NCBI GenBank assembly: GCA_964398185.1
Contig: CAYNML010000022.1
Coordinates: 6,877-70,876 of the forward strand
DNA length: 64,000 bases
Direction of reading: 5' to 3'
DNA from: an uncultured Anaerolineae bacterium
GTDB lineage: Bacteria; Chloroflexota; Anaerolineae; Fen-1058
The position numbers and the translations under genes are program-made. This document shows, piece by piece, positions 59,898-64,000 of the stretch; positions within the stretch are counted from its first letter, which is position 1; every line of letters begins with the position of its first letter. A model generated the notes under the pieces. That model was not told the origin of the DNA, did not search any database, and saw nothing but the letters and a program-made list of their open reading frames with translations.

Positions 59898-61358
59898 CTA
59901 CAACAATCCGACCTCGGCGTTGAACTCATCAATCAACACGTCGATCTCGTCGGTCTGGCCGTGCAGGCTGGTCCAGTAATCTGGCTGATACCACTGCGCC
60001 TGAATTTCTTCATAGGTCTTGCCCTGCTGCTCGACCCACGTGTAATACTTCAGGTTGTGGACGCGCTTGCGCGCCGGGTAGGTGAGTTCTTCCATGTAAG
60101 AGACATCCTGCCCCATCAGATATTGATGATAGGACACGGCGGCGTCGCGGGCGGTGTATGCGCCGCGCTCTTCGGTCAGTTCGCGCAGGCGGCTGCCGTA
60201 CAGTTCCATCGAGTCGGTCAGCACGGTGATCACCGCGTCGCCTTCGCCCCACTCGTACCACTTCGCCATCTTGATGGCTGACAGCAAATTGGCTGCGCAG
60301 GAAATGCCCAGCAGATGCAGCTGGCTGATCAGCGCTTCGGGCACGCCCATCTGCGCCAGATACTTCTGGCCTTCCGGCTCGTTGAACAGGCGGATTAGCT
60401 GGATCGGCGCTTCGTCGTCGATGGCCATCACCATGTCGGTATTGGCGATGTTGTGAATCCACGGCACGTGCTTGTCGCCGATGCCTTCGATGCGGTGCGC
60501 GCCGAAACCGTTGATCAATAGCGTGGGGCATTGCAGCGCTTCACTCGCGCCGAGCTTGCTGGTCGGGAAAATTTCTTTCAGGTAGTCACCAGACCCGATC
60601 GTGCCCGCCGATCCCGTCGTGAACACTGCGCCGCGCAGGGTCTCGCCGGGTTTCAGCGCGTGCTGCAAGACTTCTTCCAGCGCATGACCGGTGACATCGT
60701 AGTGCCACAGGTAATTGCCGAACTCTTCGAACTGATTGAAGATCATCAGGTCCTGGCCGGAGCGGCGCAGTTCCCAGCACTTGTCGAAGATTTCCTTGAC
60801 GTTGCTTTCGGTGCCGGGCGTGGCGATGACTTCACCGGCGATCTTCGACAGCCACTCGAAACGCTCGCGGCTCATGCCTTCCGGCAGGATCGCGATCGAC
60901 TGGCAGGCCAGCAGCGCCGAGTCGTACGCGCCGCCGCGGCAGTAGTTGCCGGTGCTGGGCCACACGGCCTTCTGCGTCGTCGGATCGAATTGCCCCGTGA
61001 CCAAGCGCGGCACGAGGCAGCCAAAGGCTGCGCCGACCTTATGCGCGCCGGTGGGGAACCACTTGCCGACGGGCGCGAAGATGCGGGCCTTGACGCCCGT
61101 CAATTCCGGCGGAAATTCCAGGTAATTCACGCCGCCGAAGCCGCCGCCGCTGGCGACGGGTTCGTTGTGCCACGTGATGCGGAACAGGTTCAACGGATTC
61201 ACATCCCACAGGCCGACGTTCTTCAAGCCGGCTTTGATCTTGTCGGGAATCAACGCGGGATTCTTCATCTGCTTGTAGGTGGGGATGATGATGTTGCGCT
61301 CGCGCGCGCGCTGGATCGCGCGTTTACGGCGATCGGGATGGATGGTGAGATCGATCAT
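59898..61358 (-). CDS. PLP-dependent fold-type II (TrpB/Thr-synthase superfamily) enzyme, 486 aa, specific function unclear
   Basis: Putative Lys-PLP site PTGAHKVG. Glycine-rich loop TTGSAGTIGSG. Unusually long for the family. Confidence 0.55.
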   Translation of the reverse strand: MIDLTIHPDRRKRAIQRARERNIIIPTYKQMKNPALIPDKIKAGLKNVGLWDVNPLNLFRITWHNEPVASGGGFGGVNYLEFPPELTGVKARIFAPVGKWFPTGAHKVGAAFGCLVPRLVTGQFDPTTQKAVWPSTGNYCRGGAYDSALLACQSIAILPEGMSRERFEWLSKIAGEVIATPGTESNVKEIFDKCWELRRSGQDLMIFNQFEEFGNYLWHYDVTGHALEEVLQHALKPGETLRGAVFTTGSAGTIGSGDYLKEIFPTSKLGASEALQCPTLLINGFGAHRIEGIGDKHVPWIHNIANTDMVMAIDDEAPIQLIRLFNEPEGQKYLAQMGVPEALISQLHLLGISCAANLLSAIKMAKWYEWGEGDAVITVLTDSMELYGSRLRELTEERGAYTARDAAVSYHQYLMGQDVSYMEELTYPARKRVHNLKYYTWVEQQGKTYEEIQAQWYQPDYWTSLHGQTDEIDVLIDEFNAEVGLL

Positions 61359-61374
61359 GAGAATGTCCTTTGGG

Positions 61375-61427
61375 GTAAAACGTGAAGCGTAAAACGTAAA
61401 AGCCAGTTACGCTTCACGTTTTACGTT
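61375..61427. repeat. hairpin repeat family D copy 2
   Basis: gtaaaacgtgaagcgtaaaacgtaaaagccagttacgcttcacgttttacgttttacg. Confidence 0.7.
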
Positions 61428-62678
61428 TTACGCGGTCAGTTGACTCGCCACTCGCTTCACATCAGCAAGGTCTTTGTTCACGGTAAACGGCTCGCCCACG
61501 GACTTGCGCGCCGAGGCCACATCCTTCAGGCCGTTGCCAGTGACCAGCACGACGATGCGCTCGTCGGGATTCACTAAGCCATCGGCCACGGCTTTCACCA
61601 GACCGGCATACGACGCTGCACCGGCGGGTTCGGCGAACACGCCCGCGCCGCGCCCCAACACCGGGATCGCCGCAAGGATTTCTTCATCGGTCACCTTGAT
61701 GTACGCGCCTTCGGTCTCGCGCACAGCGGCCAGCGCTTTGATGCGATCGCGCGGCAGGCCCGCCGAGATGCTGTCCGCGATGGTCTGCGCCTCGATCGGC
61801 TGCATGTCCAGCGCGTTCATGCCGGTCTTCCACGCCTCGTACAACGCCGCCGATCCGGCTGCTTGCACGCCCATCAATTTCGGCAGCTTGTTGATCCAGC
61901 CGAGCGCCAGCAAATCCTTCAGACCCTTGTGCAAGCCGCCGATGATGCAGCCATCGCCGACGGACACGAAGATCCGATCGGGCGCGTCCCAGCCCAGCTG
62001 TTCGCAGATTTCCAGCGAGGCGGTCTTCTTGCCTTCGGTCATGTACGGGTTGTAGCCGGTGTTGCGGTTGTACCAGCCAAACTCCTTGGCGGCTTGCAGG
62101 CACAACTCGAACGCATCGTCGTAGGTGCCACGCACGAGCAGCACGGTCGATCCGAAGACGAGCAGCTGCGCGATCTTGGCGGGCGGAGCGGACTGTGGCA
62201 CGAAGATCACATTGCGCTGCCCCACGCTGGCACACAAGCCCGATAGAGCGGCGGCGGCGTTGCCGGTACTCGCCGTCGTGATGATCTCTGCTTTGCGTTC
62301 GCGGCCTTTCACCACCGCAATCGCGCTCGCGCGATCTTTGAACGACGCGGTGGGCAAACGGCCATCGTCCTTGACCCACAGGTGTTTCAACTTGAGAGAT
62401 GCCGCCAGCCGATCGGTTTTGTAGAGCGGCGTGCCCCCCACGGTGAGCGGCGGCACGGGACTCTCCGGCTCGATCGGCAGCAGCGGCCGATAACGCCAGA
62501 TCGTCCGATCGGGGTTTTGTTCCAGCACCGAGGGGCTGATCCGCCGCCCGATGAGATCGTAATCGTACTGCACATCGACGATGCCTTCATCGCCGTGAGC
62601 GGGGCAGACGTAGTCGATCTGGTTGGGCGCATACTCTTTGCCGCAGATTAAACACTTAAGTGATTTAACGTGATCCAT
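61428..62678 (-). CDS. thrC: threonine synthase (with N-terminal Cys4 zinc-ribbon)
   Basis: PLP lysine motif PTASFKDR. N-terminus CLICGKEY...CPAHG. 416 aa. Confidence 0.8.
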   Translation of the reverse strand: MDHVKSLKCLICGKEYAPNQIDYVCPAHGDEGIVDVQYDYDLIGRRISPSVLEQNPDRTIWRYRPLLPIEPESPVPPLTVGGTPLYKTDRLAASLKLKHLWVKDDGRLPTASFKDRASAIAVVKGRERKAEIITTASTGNAAAALSGLCASVGQRNVIFVPQSAPPAKIAQLLVFGSTVLLVRGTYDDAFELCLQAAKEFGWYNRNTGYNPYMTEGKKTASLEICEQLGWDAPDRIFVSVGDGCIIGGLHKGLKDLLALGWINKLPKLMGVQAAGSAALYEAWKTGMNALDMQPIEAQTIADSISAGLPRDRIKALAAVRETEGAYIKVTDEEILAAIPVLGRGAGVFAEPAGAASYAGLVKAVADGLVNPDERIVVLVTGNGLKDVASARKSVGEPFTVNKDLADVKRVASQLTA

Positions 62679-62688
62679 AGTTTGCTCC

Positions 62689-62745
62689 GTAAAGCGTGAA
62701 ACGTGAAACGTAAAAGCGCCATTACGTTTTACGCCTTACGTTTTA
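62689..62745. repeat. hairpin repeat family D copy 3
   Basis: gtaaagcgtgaaacgtgaaacgtaaaagcgccattacgttttacgccttacgttttag. Confidence 0.7.
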
Positions 62746-63699
62746 GTCCGGCACAATCCACGTGCCGGTCTGGCCGTTCAACGCGTCGACGATGTGCGGC
62801 GGATCGGTGATGAGGCCCTGGCCGTTGGGATTCGCTTCCAGGAACGCGATGATCGCTTCGATCTTCGGCCCCATGCTGCCCGAGAGGAAGTGTCCCTCTT
62901 TGTAATACTGCTTTGCTTCACTCAGCGTCATCCTGTCCAGCCACTTTTGATCAGGCTTGTTGAAGTTGATGGCGACCTTTTCGACTGCGGTGGAGATCAA
63001 CAGCAGATCGGCCTTCAATTCCGCGGCGAGCAGGCTGCTGGCGCGATCTTTGTCGATGACGGCGAACACGCCTTGCAGATCGCCTTTTTCATTTTCGATC
63101 ACGGGGATGCCGCCGCCGCCCACGCCGACCACGATGAAGCCGTTGTCGATCAGGTTCTTGATCGCATCGAACTCGACGATCTTCAGCGGAATCGGTGAAG
63201 CGATCATGCGCCGCCAGCCGCGTCCGGCGTCTTCCTTGACGATCCAGCCTTCCTGCTTGAAGATCTCGGCTTTGTCTTGCGTGGTGAAGCCGCCGATGCC
63301 CTTGGTGGGATTCTTGAAGCCGGGGTCATCCCGATCAACCAGGACCTGCGTGACGACGGCGGCCACGCTGCGCTGAATGCCGCGCTGCTTGAATTCGTTG
63401 TCCAGCGCGCGAGAGATCATGTAGCCGATGGCGCCCTGCGTGTCTGCGCCGATCACGTCGAGCGGGGTGGAGTGCACTTCGGGATAGGCCAGCTCGTTGC
63501 GGCGCAGAATGAAGCCGACCTGCGGGCCGTTGCCGTGCGTCACGACGACGTTCCAGCCCTGCGCGATCATGGCGGCGATGTGCTTGCAGGTTTCTTCGAC
63601 CGCGCCGACCTGCGAGGCGACATCTTCATGCGCCTTGTCCAGAATCAGCGCATTGCCGCCCACGGCGACGACGGCGGTTTTGTTGGGGGTGGGGGTCAT
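62743..63699 (-). CDS. arcC: carbamate kinase
   Basis: Start at MTPTPNKTAVVAVGGNAL (AAAGGA RBS). The amino-acid kinase fold with VVTHGNGPQVG is typical of ArcC. Confidence 0.85.
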   Translation of the reverse strand: MTPTPNKTAVVAVGGNALILDKAHEDVASQVGAVEETCKHIAAMIAQGWNVVVTHGNGPQVGFILRRNELAYPEVHSTPLDVIGADTQGAIGYMISRALDNEFKQRGIQRSVAAVVTQVLVDRDDPGFKNPTKGIGGFTTQDKAEIFKQEGWIVKEDAGRGWRRMIASPIPLKIVEFDAIKNLIDNGFIVVGVGGGGIPVIENEKGDLQGVFAVIDKDRASSLLAAELKADLLLISTAVEKVAINFNKPDQKWLDRMTLSEAKQYYKEGHFLSGSMGPKIEAIIAFLEANPNGQGLITDPPHIVDALNGQTGTWIVPD

Positions 63700-63756
63700 G
63701 GGTTCAGTCCTTTCTTGGATAGGTAGATAAGGAAACAAGTAGGCAAGTAGACAGGG

Positions 63757-64000
63757 CTAAGCTGCATCCGGCTTGGCGGGCGGCAGCATGTCGCTGGTTG
63801 TATCGGCGATGTAGCGTTCGCCGTAGTGATTGCGGCCTTGCTGCTGCTTCCACGTGAAGTTGATGTAGCCGTTCAGCGTGCGTTCGGCTTCACGACCCAG
63901 ATCGTACAGCGCTTGATGCTGCTCGGCATTGGTGTATTCCAGATCGCGGGCCGTGATGATGTGGCTGATCGTTTCTGTCAACGAGCCGCGCGCGATGTAA
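63757..64000 (-). CDS. hypothetical protein, N-terminus beyond window end
   Basis: The ORF is open to the window edge (no in-frame stop). C-terminus ...ARDLEYTNAEQHQALYDLGREAERTLNGYINFTWKQ. Confidence 0.35.
   Translation of the reverse strand, partial: YIARGSLTETISHIITARDLEYTNAEQHQALYDLGREAERTLNGYINFTWKQQQGRNHYGERYIADTTSDMLPPAKPDAA

Overview
This 64 kb window is high-GC (~62%) bacterial chromosomal DNA. It is densely coding, with about 65 CDS and one tRNA-Met(CAT). I found no rRNA, CRISPR array, integrase or transposase. Several protein architectures (a SARP regulator with NB-ARC and TPR domains, two tandem LexA paralogs, giant multi-REC hybrid histidine kinases, a secreted Hep_Hag-like fibre with a peptidase-S74 chaperone domain) suggest a Chloroflexota-like organism; this is an inference only. 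The main blocks, in order, are as follows. (1) TerB-like protein and a divergent Hsp20. (2) A SARP/AfsR regulator divergent from a probable secreted module: a small protein, a lipoprotein with a Lon-like S16 peptidase domain, a signal-peptide fibre protein with glycine-rich beta-helix repeats plus a C-terminal S74 auto-chaperone, and a translationally coupled small secreted repeat protein. An N-terminally truncated AraC/GyrI-like gene follows. (3) A stress and DNA-damage block (NTF2-like, YcaQ/AlkZ-like glycosylase, YciI, DinB_2). It ends in an SOS-box-preceded lexA operon that carries a motor-only FtsK/SpoIIIE ATPase, a membrane protein and a small protein, with a second lexA paralog and its own perfect GAAC-N4-GTTC box just upstream. 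(4) A signalling operon: CheR, CheB, a 1762-aa PBP1-GAF-HisKA-HATPase-REC hybrid kinase and a REC-GAF-kinase, with no MCP, CheA or CheW. (5) A propionyl-CoA to methylmalonyl-CoA operon (acyl-CoA dehydrogenase, PccB, AccC, BCCP, MCM catalytic subunit, epimerase). It is punctuated by three toxin-antitoxin cassettes: MNT/HEPN, HigBA and MNT/HepT. The last cassette is flanked by an 84-bp duplication of the epimerase 3' end. (6) Immediately after that, a low-GC 2-kb islet encodes a TcmP-like protein plus a three-Cys-motif Gp37/Gp68-family (DUF5131) protein, flanked by 13-bp direct repeats. This is the best candidate for an undescribed system in the window. (7) PcrA/UvrD helicase interrupted in motif III by a 214-aa mini-intein, then NYN, MscS, the tRNA, transketolase, CvpA and MutS2. 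(8) Housekeeping and accessory genes: DUF72, GT39-like glycosyltransferase, esterase, DegV, a RidA with a lysine-rich tail, an orphan OmpR regulator, a NUDIX CoA pyrophosphatase, ClbS/DfsB, a HAD hydrolase, an orphan Dam-like MTase, an RHH-DUF5678 plus retropepsin pair, Mut7-C, a large PLP fold-II enzyme, threonine synthase and carbamate kinase. At least six families of short palindromic or hairpin repeats are scattered through the intergenic regions.
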